Source: Takakia lepidozioides
Taxonomy: Eukaryota > Plantae > Bryophyta
Assembly: GCA_030704615.1 (NCBI GenBank)
Contig: CM060731.1
Location: 11,222,001-11,286,000, forward strand
Direction of reading: 5' to 3'
DNA: 64,000 bases
The translations under genes were made by a program, and so were the position numbers. How positions within the stretch are numbered: the first letter of the stretch is position 1; each line of letters starts with the position of its first letter. Below, piece by piece: positions 46,627 to 59,854 of this stretch. The notes under the pieces are model-generated. The model was given only the letters and a program-made list of their open reading frames with translations, was not told where the DNA came from and ran no database searches.

Positions 46627-48761
46627 CAGTGTTAGTGTGATGGGATGCCGTTTGTGCGTCCTCAAACAGTACGCCTTCTAAACAAATTCAATATAGAAAC
46701 AATGACTGCTGACTATCATTCGGGGCCTACTTTTGAGAGGCGGAGCCCAGGTAGAGAGAGAAGACCATGTTAACAACGTCCAATGACATGAGGAGACGAT
46801 AGACTCAACCTCACACTCAGACTCCAGGCTTCGAATCTCCAGCCTGCTTTCTGACAAAATTGAACCAAGACTTTGCGAAAGCGACAAGCTACTTTGAAGT
46901 CGTAAATATGTTAAAAGTAGTTCAGCTTGAAGCTTGGTGTCGCTTGAAGAAAAGTAGTAATTCACACAACTTTTAAGAAGGGCTTGATGCAAAACCAAGT
47001 ATGTAGTGACCATGCATTCCTTCAATTAATAGTCAGAACTGACATCGGCCTGTTTCTATCTCTCCCCCACACAGAATTAAGACTCGACAGAGTGAGGCCC
47101 ACACCAACCCTTCTTCACCGTACATATTAGTGGCAGTCATAAAGTGGTTTCTTTCTTTCTTATGAAAATTCCCAATTCGGGCCAGGCATCGGAATTGATG
47201 AGCCCGTATCCCCGTCAGCACTTGGAGCTTTTTCATTGCCCTGCGTAAAGTGGGTGTTGCCACGATCAGCGTCCGGGAAATAATTTCAGTTGAACCAGCC
47301 AGTAGCCGCTCATTCCCAGCAGCAATCGGCTAAGTGGGTTGGGCAGTCGGTTGCTGCCCCTTAGTGGTAACTATACCCGGTCAATTTCCGAGATAATTTC
47401 TTTACAACCGGTAATATTCCTAATGATTTATTTTGTGTTCAGCTATAAATCCGGACCTTATAAATATCAACCGATTGACAACACAAGTGTCAAATGCACA
47501 ACAATAAGTAAATAATAATAATAAGAAATAATCACAACCAGTTTTAAGCAATTCAAACAAGTGAAGAACATTGTATCCTTATAGAAGTTGGACCTGTCAA
47601 TGCCTTCAAACCACATGGAGGTCAAAGAATTGAACCCGCGTGGACAGGTGAGCTGTGATAGCAGGCAGCGAGTGCAAGCAGGCGTGGGGCTGGGGCTGCG
47701 AGAGCAACGTCCAGACTTAGTAGGGTTTGCCCGCGGGCCCGCCCTCTTTGAGTTCAATATTTTTTCACCTAAACGCCCTTCCTTGGATGTAACCCGGCCT
47801 GGCACGTTGGATTTCTGCCATGTGGTGGACTTCGACGGCCATTTCCATTTTTTGTAATATAAGAAGGGCCGGAATCCGTCCAGGCCTTGCCAACTAAGGC
47901 AGATTTCCTGTCTGTAATGAAATGGAAAGGCAAATATCCTTCCTAAAAGTAGGGCACCCGGTTGATTTCCACTTCGGCCATTTTTTCCCTCCGATCCATT
48001 TCCTGAGGTTTCATATTTCATTCGGAAATTCTGGAATTCAGTCGGCTAGCATGTAACTGGCTGCCGGTTCTCCCCGGACGTTGGCCACGATAAATGCGAA
48101 ACGGCCGTAAGCAGACTGTGTCACTGGACTCCATCAAGCTTCTCTCCTGGCTCCGGTCCTGCCCAAGCTGCTTGTCCTCAGGTTCCGCTTTCCTGTGCTC
48201 CCTCTCGGTGTCAGACTCTTGAGTCGAGCAGGGGCCATGAGTGTTTCCTATCCGTACGTAAAGGATTTTGGGGGCAGATTCTGCCTTTTTTGAGGCAAAT
48301 TAAAATGCAGAAGATCGACGCTCCACGGCGCTGGCGTATTCTGCATTCCTAATCGGCAGTTTGACTTTTAATGCTTAGCGGCTTTTAGAGAACCATCCGT
48401 CACATGAATGTAGTTCCGAGCTACAAGTTACTAGGTAACTTCTCTAGCTATACCTTGCTTTCTGGCTAAATGCTTCTAGGTTGACATCCCCACGGAAAGT
48501 GCTCCACTTATTTTCTTTTACAGTCATGACTCGGACATGCTCACGATTCTTTCATAGCCTTTGGCTTGAACCTTCAAGCTCCCAGCCTATGCTACATGCA
48601 GTCCACGAGACATACAGGAAAGCATCAAATTATCACAAAATATCCCTCGTAAACAGTGAGTTGTTACTATACCAGAGAGAGATTAAGCCTCTGCAATGTT
48701 TGAAGTTGTTACGATCCTAGCTCTGCAAAATATGACACTGATCTTGAAATATAACTCAGGG

Positions 48762-50245
48762 TCAGGGAGGAGTGGGAGGACAGTTATTCTTCTGAGCAGC
48801 AGAATCCTCAGGGCTCTCTGATGCATGTTCTCCTGTCGATGTGGTCATTTGAGAAAGCTCTTCGGACTTCTTGTTGTGCTTTTGACCCTTCATATGGATT
48901 TCCCACCCCTTGCCTGGAACTCTGACATCGCAGATACTGCAATTGATGTTCAATGAGTACATAATAAATGAGACTATGAAGCAGTGTGCAAGGATCCTCT
49001 TCCGAAGTCAAGACGAGGATGAATTCAGAAGTTAGAGAGACCTTCAAACATAGACTGCAAGGGTAACTACAAAATAGAATGTTCATGTTTTTTTCCCTGG
49101 GAAGTAATAAGCACGCTTGGCCTCAAGGGGGGCACACCAATTGGCAGAGATTGATATATGTGGAATGGAAGAAAGAGGTTGGCATGTACTTGCCAATATG
49201 CGACTTTATTTTGGTTGAAGACTCTCTAAACTCATCCCCCAAAACTAAGTGTAATTTCACATCACCTGCAGAAGTGTTGTTCATCGACGGCCTGGTCAGT
49301 ACTGTCAAAATCATCCCCAGTGATCTTCTCACGCTTGACCGGAGCATTCTTCTTCTTCTTCTTTCTCTTCTTTCCTTTCTTGTTCTTGGTTTGGTCATTT
49401 AGAACATCATCAGCCAGCTGTGGCATAACCCGAAGCATAACCGAATTTATCATGTGGTCATGTTTACTTTCAAAGTTCCGTAGCAGCCAATTGTTAAAAT
49501 ACACAACGTCAAGGTCTATATGCTACCATAAGTATGCACTAGGCTGTCAAATGCGCCATGTTCAAATCACATCAGTCAGGCCTGGGTTAGCCGCAGCCCT
49601 GCTGGTAGCCCCAGCAGAACCCATCCAGAACCATGAGAGTACATTTTAAAGATCGCGAATTAGAAAAGATGGAACATAACTCGAGTCACATATAGTTCCT
49701 CAACAACTTGTCACTAAATAACTAATGAGTAATGAAGAACTTGTTTGTGCGGTTCATTACCGTTCCATCACCTGGTCCTCCGGGAAGAGAAGACCCTGGA
49801 AATGTCACACCCTGCCAATATGAACTGTCCTTTGTGATGTCTGCCGCGAAGAGACACAGTGATACACCTCGATGAGAAAAGCAGTTTGAACAAAACAAAC
49901 TTAGGTAGGCAACTTCACAGTGGCATGTGTACTGCCACAAGCAGAGCCAAAGAAACAGAAGACACAGACATACCGAAGCAGGGCATACATAGGAACGGAG
50001 GAGAGTGCAACAAGGTGTGCACCTAGACTTCTGGCTGCGGCAATAATGCGGATGGCATCCCCGGGCTGGATGCCACTGTCTTCAATCAGATCTTGCTTGG
50101 TAGCCAACTTAAGCACGCTGATTGTGTCGTACCGCTTAGAAACAAGCTGGTAGGAGTAAGAATTTGCCTTTGCAGGATCAATGCCATCAATATCCAGGAG
50201 GAAGTTCCTGATTGGGGCTGAAGAATCATGCACGTAGTATGCCAT
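48762..50245 (-). CDS. Putative spliced gene: SAM-like N-terminus, Lys-rich NLS, matrin/U1-type zinc finger
   Basis: LKLATKQDLIEDSGIQPGDAIRII (SAM-like); KKGKKRKKKKK; splicing 49266 to 48936 rebuilds HFCSICDVRVPGKGWEIHMKGQKH. Middle exons are tentative. Confidence 0.6.
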
Positions 50246-51744
50246 ACCTACAACATCAATTACGGCAAAGGCAGACTTGAGCTGATTATTTCATTCGGGC
50301 TTACCTTGTAGATGATCTGCGTTTTAAAGACCTTGACTCCAGCCTGGACTAATTATACTTTCCTCTTGGCAAACACTCATTTTGGTGCGGGCCCAGTGTT
50401 TATAATTACAAAGCTCATATTGAACTCTGCACTTTCTTGGAACACCAGGCAAATTTTCTGTCAGTAGATCCCCCTCAAATTTCTATTCAAATGAGAGGAC
50501 TAGATCATGGCTACTCTGTCGTCAGGGTAAAGTCACTCCAATCTGTGGAGCTTGCAAACTACCTGGTACTTTTTTAACTTGCTCCGGGCCTGTATGATAC
50601 TTCGGCATCGAAAATAGCTGTAGAAGGACAATCACAAACCACTGAAATATTTCAGGCCGCCTCCATTGGCCACACATAACCGCAGCTCAAGATACTTTGG
50701 AATTCTACGTACAAAGGTGCGGTCTGCCAAAGGTAGATCAGACCTTGTCTACATAGAATGTAGCGTTTCATTGAGAGAAATCCACTGGAAACCTTCTGTT
50801 CTACATTGAATGCAGAGATCAATTCAGTATGCCAGGTCCCACGTACAGTCGCAAGTCAAAACCCGGACACAATTCATGCATGTCCAAGGATGTCAACAAC
50901 AATATCGGCCTGTCCATGTATGCCTCTTTCTGTGTGTATGTATGGGCAGTCGTCTTTTCAAGTTGACTTGGTTATATGTGAGATTCGTATGCGATAACTC
51001 GATAATAAGGTCAACATGCAGTCAGATGCTTGGCGAACTGCCTAAAATTTCTCCTATAACGATGTCGATTGAACATCAAGCTCGACACTTTTCACATCAG
51101 TCCCTTCAGTAACAAGTGAGCAAAACTAACCTTTTGGGAAAGAAACTTCAATCATTTGCCACAAAACTGCCAGTCTCTTTATCACTCTTTATCTTCAACT
51201 TCGCTTCCAAAACATTCAGGTTATTACAATCCGATTGCAAGCGGTAAAGATCGAGACGTAAGCTCCGGCACAAGAGGGAATTGCACACACTTGATTCCTA
51301 AAACTTCCGTTCCATCATCATTCGCGTCATAATAGGATGCAATCCCAAGCTTGTCATCAAAGACACGAAAGATGAGGCACAGAACGGCCACTGACCGATT
51401 GCAGGAATGCAGAGAAGCGTGTGCCTAAACCCTAACCTACTTGCTCGCTTCGGTTTCCCGCCGTTGGGCATGTGAAACTACTAACTAACAACGGCTAACT
51501 TGCCATCCAGTAAAGTATGATTAATTAACGACCCATGGTTAATCTGCTTGCTGATTTTAGAGTTTACTCATGACCTATGGCGGATCGACGCTTGTCGCCC
51601 TTATGAAAATTTACAAGTAAAATAGAATGACCATGCAATATACCGTTAAAGTAAACGGTAGGTTCGCCGGCATCTTACCTGCTGTAATAGTCACTAGAAA
51701 TCCCACTTAAGGGCCCACGAGACCCGTTTGGGGTTTCTAGGTAT

Positions 51745-51858
51745 AGGGTAATGCCCCTCGTGTCGGGCATTCCCGGATTTAAGGGCCTGACCCCGACGGC
51801 GGCAGCCCCAGGGAAGGCCCGAAAATCCGGGAGTGCCCGACACGAGGGGCACTACCCT
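51745..51858. repeat. Inverted repeat / long hairpin (36-bp arms, 2 mismatches)
   Basis: AGGGTAATGCCCCTCGTGTCGGGCATTCCCGGATTT ... AAATCCGGGAGTGCCCGACACGAGGGGCACTACCCT. Confidence 0.9.
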
Positions 51859-52559
51859 GCGTAAAGAAACGGGATGATTTCCTTATCTTTTCATCCTTCC
51901 TTTATGCTTGCTCCCCGCCAGTAGCTTGCCGTGAAAAAAGATCTTGGAGGTAAGGATAAAGAAATATCGCAGGTGTGCATTACACACTCATGTAATGCCG
52001 CTCGTGTAATCGTGGGGCGGGCTCTTACGCTGAATAACGCACAGAAATTTACAAAGAGAAATCAGCCCTAGTTCAGGTTCAAATTGTTGGATCCAATATG
52101 GTAGGTGTATAATTAACTCGCCATAGGTTACTAATTTATTCCCAGTGTTAAACGCAATGGAATGGACAATTTTCGTGGTTTGTGCTGCACCCCTTGAAAA
52201 ATTGTCTCGCCTTGCTGGGCTCGCCACTTTTCTAAGAATCGACTACCAACTGGCTATTACGCAATGGAACGTAACGTGGGTTGGGCATTCATCTGTACGT
52301 ACACGCAGATTTTCATTCGGAAGTTCTTGCCGCACAAAGACAAGCACACGTATAGTAACCACGGCACCGCCCAGACCCGCAGGATTTCAACGTTGAATCG
52401 TACAAGAGCGTAACATCTGATCTCATGCACATTCTCGCTGATAGGGGTTTAGGGAGCATGCAAATGGGGATTGGCCCTGTCCAAATCAAAATAACTTATC
52501 TCCCTTCAATTAAATGCAGAAACAAATCTGGCTCTTCCACACTCGATGACCCTGTTAGG

Positions 52560-52950
52560 ACGGCGTGGCATTTTGCTCATACATCTTGAAAGCATCTGTT
52601 GCATTTGCTCGTACATCTAGAAAGCCTCTGTACCACAGCCATGGAGTGTACCCTGTTTGGCTTGAATCCACTTTTGAGAATGTGGGAATGCACCTGCTTG
52701 CCCTCTGCTAGGTAGGTGTTTACGCACTTGAGACACAAAGTGTTGGAGTTTGCCTGAATATCTTACTGGTTCCAAATGTGCAGAACCTCCTTCCTTACAT
52801 TGCATACTCACATCCCCACAGATGCCAGCAGGGTTCTTGCTCAATTTCTCTGTCCTCTTTTAGAAGCACTGGTGATGGTAGTGGGGCTATACCCTGTGTC
52901 TGGACGGTAACTGTGCCTGATTCAAACCTGCCATCCTGCAATTCTTTCCT
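52560..52950 (-). pseudogene. Degenerate 5' fragment of a PPR paralogue
   Basis: CRMAGLNQAQL and GDVSMQCKEG mirror the N-terminus of the adjacent PPR gene (CRMAGLNQAQL, GDVRTLCKEG); stops and frameshifts. Confidence 0.7.
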
Positions 52951-53251
52951 TGTCTTAGGCGAACGATCTTGATGGGTGCAATGTTAAGTTTTTGCACATT
53001 AAGCTTGTCGAGCTTTAGGTATGGGGACACTGGCTGTTCCCCAGTCACTTCAAGAAAATGCCCTCCCACCACCCCCTCTTCATCGTTCACAGATCTCTTC
53101 CCTCAAACTCCTTGGGGAAACAATTCAACCCAACTCAATGTCACTTCTGCTGTTCAACAATCATTTTGATCTTGTGATCATGGAGTGGCTTAGAGGACTT
53201 TAAAAAAAATTCAACCTTAGGTTTTTGGCACTTTGATGGAGAATGATTATT

Positions 53252-55816
53252 TCACCAGTAATTCCCACAAGAACAAACCCCATCTTGGATATGATGAAAT
53301 CGGTTGGCATCCCGTAAAACAACTACTCGCCCAACAATCTTTGAGATGAACTTGGTGGCGGTGTGGCAATCGCCACATACCCTAAGGTTTTTAATGACCC
53401 GGATAGGTGTGCCTGGGGCTGTGCTGATTAGTCCAAATGCAACGGCCAGCTTCTCGCTGTGGAGGCAAAGAGAAAATTCCTTTTGTTGCTCCTCCCAATC
53501 ATGCAACACGAAACTCGTGTCAGGGACATACCCAGCTACCTTCATCTGCTCAGACAATCTCTTCAGCTCAGTACGGACTTCCTCAATTTGAGGATGTGAT
53601 CGGTCATCGACCAAAAATGTGTGCAGCTGGTTGTTGACCTCAATGCAGCTGTGCGCTGCTTCCTTCCCCACACCTCGGTCCTCCATAATTTTTCTCACCT
53701 TTGCTTTATCAACCCACATGCCAGCTGCAGCATAGATATTTGATAACAACACATATGTGGCAGCATGCTGTGGATCCCACTTGAGAAGGTGTTTTGCTGC
53801 CCGTTCTGCTAGCTTCACATTGCTGTGTACTCTGCAGGCACCAAGCAAGGACATCCACACCCCAGGATCTGGTTCAATTGGCATTTTGTTAATGAAGTCC
53901 TCTGCCTCAACTAATTGCCCTGCACGGCCAAGAAGGTCCACCATGCAGCCAAAATGCTCCACTGTGGGGGCAAGGCCATGAGCTTCCTTCATGGAATCAA
54001 AGTAGTGACGGCCTTCATCTAGTAAGCCTACATGGCTACATGCAGAGAGAACAGATGTAAAACTGATATTGTTTGGCTTCAGGCCTTCTTGTTGCATTTC
54101 TTCAAATAGCTGCAGGGTATACCTACCACACCCATGCTGAGCGCATCCTGTGATCATGGCATTCCATGACACCACATCTACTTCAGCCATATTGTCAAAC
54201 ACTTGACGCGCATCCTTCATGCTCCCACATTTAGCATACATATTAACAAGGGTCGTCTCCAGATTAACATATGACACAATTCCAGCTTTGATGATGTCAG
54301 AATGGACCTCTTTGCCCTTTTCAAGGGCACCTAGGCTGGCACACGCATTAAGAACACAGATGAACGTGACCCTGTCAGGCATCACCCCTTCTCGTTGCAT
54401 TTGCTCATAGATCTCAAAAGCTTTCCTACCAAACCCAAGCTGAGCATATCCATCAATCATTGCACTCCATGAGACTACATTTCGTTGAGCCATACCATCG
54501 AATACTTCATGAGCAACCTTCATGTCCCTGCATTTGGCATACATGTCAACAAGGGCAGACTCCAGAATCATGTCTGGAGCAATCCCAGCTTTCTTGAGAT
54601 TATCGTGGACCACCTTGCCCTTTTCCAGGTCTCCTAGGTTGGCACACGCGTTGAGAACGCAAATGAAAGTAACCTTGTTGGGTGTCATTCCTTCCAATTG
54701 CATCTGCTCATAGATCTTGAGAGCCTCCCTACCACATCCATGCTGAGCATAACCTGTAATCATGGCATTCCATGAGACCACATTTCGTCGGGCCATGTTG
54801 TCAAACACTTGCTGTGCAACCTTCATGCTCCCACATTTGGCATACATGTCAGCAAGGGCAGTCTGCAGAATGATATCCGGTGCAATTTCAGCTTGGATAA
54901 TGTCACCATGGACCTTTTCACCCTTTTCCAGAGCTCCTAGGCTGGCACAGGCATTTAGAGCACAAATAAATGTCACCCTATCAGGTATCACCTCTACCCT
55001 TTGCCTTTGCAATTGCTCGTACATCTCCAAAGCCTCCCTACCACACCCATGCTGAGCATAACCCCCGATCATGGCATTCCATGAGACCACATTTCGTCTA
55101 GCCATGTTGTCAAACACTTGACGCGCAACCTTCATGCTCCCACATTTGGCATACATGTCAACAAGGGCAGTGCCTAGAACGATATCTGGCACAATCCGAT
55201 CTTTGAGTATGTCAGCATGGACCTCTTTGCCCTTATCCAGGGCTCCTAAGCTGGCACAAGCATTCACAACACAAATGAATGTCACCTTGTCAGGCATCAC
55301 CCCCTTCCGTTGCATTTGCTCATATATCTCAATGGCCTCCTTCCCACATTTTTGCTTGGCGTATCCTGCTATCATTATAGTCCATGTAAACATATCCCTT
55401 TCACTCATACTGTCAAACACTTGCCGTGCATCGACCATGCTCCCACACTTGGCATACATGTTGACAAGGGTGTTGAGTAGCAGGATATTTGGCTGGAATC
55501 CACTTTTGGCAATGTGGGTGTGCACCTGCTTTCCCTCTGCTAGGCCTTTCATCTCGATGCACTCCCGCAACAGCCAGATGTAAGCATTGCCGTTTGCCTG
55601 AATTCCTTGCTGGTTCAAAATGTGTAGTACCTCTTTCAGTCGTCCTTCCTTACATAGTGTCCTCACATCCCCATTAATAACAGAACAATTCTTGTTGACT
55701 CTCTTTCTTGCTTCTCTCTCGAAAGTAGTAGTAATAGTGGTGCTATCGCTGTGGCCACTCTGATGTGTAAGCAACAACTGTGCCTGATTTAGCCCTGCCA
55801 TTCTGCATGACTCCAA
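53252..55816 (-). CDS. PLS-class PPR protein with E and DYW deaminase domains (organellar RNA-editing factor), 854 aa, intronless
   Basis: Repeated P/L/S motifs (LVDMYAKCG, VVSWNAMI, VTFICVLNACA); HSEKLA, CGDCH; ends CSCGNYW. Confidence 0.97.
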   Translation of the reverse strand: MESCRMAGLNQAQLLLTHQSGHSDSTTITTTFEREARKRVNKNCSVINGDVRTLCKEGRLKEVLHILNQQGIQANGNAYIWLLRECIEMKGLAEGKQVHTHIAKSGFQPNILLLNTLVNMYAKCGSMVDARQVFDSMSERDMFTWTIMIAGYAKQKCGKEAIEIYEQMQRKGVMPDKVTFICVVNACASLGALDKGKEVHADILKDRIVPDIVLGTALVDMYAKCGSMKVARQVFDNMARRNVVSWNAMIGGYAQHGCGREALEMYEQLQRQRVEVIPDRVTFICALNACASLGALEKGEKVHGDIIQAEIAPDIILQTALADMYAKCGSMKVAQQVFDNMARRNVVSWNAMITGYAQHGCGREALKIYEQMQLEGMTPNKVTFICVLNACANLGDLEKGKVVHDNLKKAGIAPDMILESALVDMYAKCRDMKVAHEVFDGMAQRNVVSWSAMIDGYAQLGFGRKAFEIYEQMQREGVMPDRVTFICVLNACASLGALEKGKEVHSDIIKAGIVSYVNLETTLVNMYAKCGSMKDARQVFDNMAEVDVVSWNAMITGCAQHGCGRYTLQLFEEMQQEGLKPNNISFTSVLSACSHVGLLDEGRHYFDSMKEAHGLAPTVEHFGCMVDLLGRAGQLVEAEDFINKMPIEPDPGVWMSLLGACRVHSNVKLAERAAKHLLKWDPQHAATYVLLSNIYAAAGMWVDKAKVRKIMEDRGVGKEAAHSCIEVNNQLHTFLVDDRSHPQIEEVRTELKRLSEQMKVAGYVPDTSFVLHDWEEQQKEFSLCLHSEKLAVAFGLISTAPGTPIRVIKNLRVCGDCHTATKFISKIVGRVVVLRDANRFHHIQDGVCSCGNYW

Positions 55817-56187
55817 TCTTTTAGTTACAAATCTGTGGACTCAAACCTGTATAAATGTGTCTTAAATTTCAAAGGTAACTTTAATAGCTACATATTTCAA
55901 GAAGATCACTGGATGAGGACAGGCTGCTTGATACATATTAACAAGGTTGCAAAACTACTGGAGTCATCTTCTTTGAGAATAACCTGCACCTAATTATTTG
56001 TATGACCTGGAACCCTTGAATCATCAAAACAATACCCGTAGTATTCTTGACCTGGAGCTCCATGGTGTACCTCAGCATTAGAGCCATCAGCAGATTGTGC
56101 TTGAGCTTGCACCATGTCAGCAAGCTTTGATATCACCCAAGGAGGGTTTGACCAACTCTCAATCCACAGGACCTCCTTCCTGCGCTT

Positions 56188-56393
56188 GTGTCTGAACTTG
56201 AGAAACTGGCCATTGCTTTTGGGCTGATCAGCACACCCCCCAGGACGCCTATTAACGTCATCAAGAATGTTCGGGTGTGTGGTGACTGCCATACTGCCAC
56301 AAAATTCATTTCGAAGATTGTTGACCGAACAGTTGTTGTACAGGATGTCAACCGCCTTCACCACTTCCTTTTTCTTGTGGGGATTACTGGTGA
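56188..56393 (+). pseudogene. Isolated DYW-domain fragment
   Basis: [44 protein letters not shown], then a frameshifted SCGDYW-stop. Confidence 0.88.
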
Positions 56394-57583
56394 AACGATC
56401 AATATGTATGGAGAGGGAAAGGGGTAATTTGTCACCATTTCTGGAACGAAAGAGTTGAACACCACGGTCACTAACACACTTGGTGTGATCTGCCCAGGCT
56501 GATGATCCCAATTCAAGCGTCATAATCAAAGAGCAGCAATGACCACCGGATGGCTGATACAAAGCATGGATTCATCCATCTATCAGTGTCATATGCATCC
56601 ACCGTCTGTTGATGGGGGGTCTCAAAAATGTGAAACCCTAAGTGGAGATTCGCTAAGGTTCACTGAGAACCAGTTCGATCGACAGCATTCGATTTGTTTG
56701 GCTGCAGTTGGGATGCAATCACGGAAGTTGATGATCCAAGCGCATTTGGCTCAGGGGCCAACCAATCATGTGGATGAGGAATCCCCCGGATGAGTGCTGC
56801 AGGCTAGATCCCAACTGGTATTTTGTCACTACCTAGATGATGAGATAATAAAATCCCTGTGCAGGCACTTTGTGCAAAGGCAGGATCATCTTTGCACGCA
56901 GCATGTCCATTCAACTCAAAATCAACTGAGTATGAACGTATGACCAGGGGTTACTGTCCAAATATTCTGAACATCATAATTCATGGCATCAGTCCCAAAT
57001 GTCCTGCAATTGTCAGAAGCTCACATTATCATTGTGGGAAAGTAGATGGGCACTGGGGAGGCAAAGATAGGCTTTTCACTTCTAAAATCATTTGGATGGA
57101 CCATAACCACTTCAAGCTCCCTATAAGGCTAAAGAGCTAAGACTTTCAATCACATACTTCTGCCAGAAGTTCTTTCCCTGCCCAGAGCTCCATCAACAGC
57201 CTGCAACTAAGAGCTCCATGTTGATATTAACTTCACTTTTCAAAAGCTGAGAAATACAGTTCACAAAGTATTTTCATCTACAGCTGTGGAAACCATCACT
57301 TCTGTTTAAGAACTTGCATTAAATGAGACACAGTATTGTACAGGTTACAAAACACATTCCACGGAAGGATGATACTTGAAAGACTGGAATGGCTGGAACT
57401 GGAAATCCTCCAGTCACGTTTTTGTGAATGGTGCCAAACTGGAGCAATACCCGGCACTTTTACTCATGTCTAGAATGGCTTGCAATATGGTTGTGCGCCC
57501 TGCCAGTTTGGTGCAACACACCACCGCAATGCTGGTGCTCTTCTTTGCAGAAGAGGGGTGCGTTGTTAACCCTCACTTGATCA

Positions 57584-59854
57584 TCACATGGACTTCTTTT
57601 CTCCTTTGCGAGGCTGGAACTTAAACCAAGGTATCAAAGCAGATGTAGTCTGCTGATATTTGCGGTAGAAACCTGCCCTACTTGGTTTGGCCATCATCTT
57701 TCGCTCAACAAGAATAGTGACGTACACAAAACAAGCTGAATTGATGACAGTGCCAGCAACCATCCATCCTTGCCCGAGGTTCCATGCATATAGAGACAAA
57801 CCCCACCACCATAGCTGCTCTCCGAAGTAGTTAGGATGGCGCGAGTACTGCCAAAGACCCTCTTCCAGGAGAGGTTCTGTGGGCGCCCCTAAATCCCTTA
57901 AGCTGTTGTTGTTCGACTGAAATCTATGGAGTTGGGTGTCGGCAAAGGAACCAATCAGGATACCAGTCCCACAAAGGAAAGTGGCAAGAATATCCCAGCC
58001 ATTCCAGGGGGCTTGGCTGGAGAAGACGGCATAGAGGGGGAGACAAATGCCAACTAGAAATATCTGCAACCACATACAAAGCAACAATCTCAATTGCGGC
58101 TACTCAATCCAGAGCTTCACAATGTTTTGACCACAGCAGTGAAGGAAAATGACCAAGCAAGAATCTATGGAAGCTCAAAGAGCAGAAAACAAGATAGAAA
58201 AGAAAAATGGGGCCACCAACAACCAGCAAACTACAACCTGACTTTGCCTGGTTTTTCTAAGGTAGAGAGCCTTGTGGAGATATACTAAGAGGCATCTCTG
58301 ATAATGGACCTCTGTTGGGGATTGGCTATGTCTAAATAGGTAAAAGAAGTGGCCCTGGATGTTATGATAGAGAGGACAGAGACAGAAGAAACGTTCTTCA
58401 GTCTCAATCTCTAGCCTGTCTTGTCTGGTGCAAGCAGGCAAAACATTCTGCAACTTGCAACTTCTTCCATCTGCCAGTCTCCATCCCCAGGCTATGTGAG
58501 CCACCCTCACATGTCCCAATGCCCCAGAGAAGAGAGAAAGAGGCACAAACAAGTTTTCTATAAGCTCTTGTATCGTGGCGGATGAGGAAGGTGCCTCGAT
58601 AGAACCGTAACTTGTTTGTGAGCGATTTCGAGGTCCACTTGACATGGAGTTCTTTCAGCACTTGCCAAATGAGTCTGTTCCTGTTGTGCTTGGAAAACAT
58701 GTCCAGTCGAAAGATAAAAGAGTGAAGAGAGAATGTCCTGATAAACAAATATAGAAAAAATAAGCAAGACTTGATAGCAAAGAACCTGCTGAGAGACATA
58801 GACTGCAAAGAAAGACTTCCACCACCACTGCTTGCCACTCTGTTTTCGTAAATCCTGAAATCGCCAGTCCTCTCTCTCCCCCCATTTCCAGTTCTCTCTC
58901 CGACAATACGAGTGTGTGAGGCGAGCACTCCAAATATAGAGAAGGGCCATGACTGCTTTTGATCGCCATGGGTTGCTCTTTGCATTTGGATGTGTGCTAA
59001 AGTACTGGCCAATCATCACAGGTATGATTGTCCAATAGGGATCTATCAGCTGCATTTACAAGCTTGTGACGATTAGTATGACCTTCAAAAAATCTATTTT
59101 CATGAACTCGCATCCTTTTACTCAGCTTAGTACAAAATGCAACCTGATCATGCACAATGTTCAAGAGTTCCAGACTATTCATAGACCCCAAACTTTGAAC
59201 AACCATACTACACTAACCACGGTTGTCACAGATCACAACTGGATTTTCTAGTTGCCAGCCGGTGTGAAGCCTTGCCAGTGGAATACCAATGCCTGTGGGA
59301 GAGCTTTTGCAGATCCATATTGAAAGATTGCACCAAACTGGCAACAGGGTGAAAGACGGCTCAGCTGTTACGTCTGCATTTTTATGTCAGTGACTGACTG
59401 AGAATAATGAATACACAAACGTACATGGTCTCAACATCGGGAAAAATCCTACCTCTATCACAATAGGCAAATTCCAGGCGGAAATTGAAGAGGACTATCA
59501 GCTAACAAACGCAAGTAGTCATTCCATGGAATTTGAGCTCTGTTGATCACATGTGAGCCTGAGAGATTGAGATGTGTAGAGTGGCGAAGAGCATACCCAA
59601 GTACTTTGCTGCACAATGCTGATGACCCAGAAAAGCACATTGACATTGAGAAAGAAGAGGACATTTAAAAGACTGACGGGATGGCGCTCGCCCCATTCAC
59701 ACACACTTCTCCAGCACTGAGAATCCACTGCCTGCTGGCCACTTGCAGAGCTTCCGTCGGGGCATTGGTAGAGAAAGGCGATGTAGAAGATGATGCAAGG
59801 CAGAGGTACCACAGCTGCCAGGGCAGCATTCCGTGCATAACGAGACATTTTCAT
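57584..59854 (-). CDS. DUF1295 / steroid 5-alpha-reductase-like membrane protein; exons 59854-59597, 59049-58786, 58063-57584
   Basis: STWLIDPYWT, REDWRF, ADTQL, GLWQYSRHPNYFGEQLWWW, YRKYQQTTS; phase-0 GT-AG introns. The start could be 59911 or 59848. Confidence 0.9.

Noticed and set aside
53304-55677. Plus-strand ORFs over the PPR gene
   Set aside because: Antisense shadows of the repetitive PPR coding sequence.
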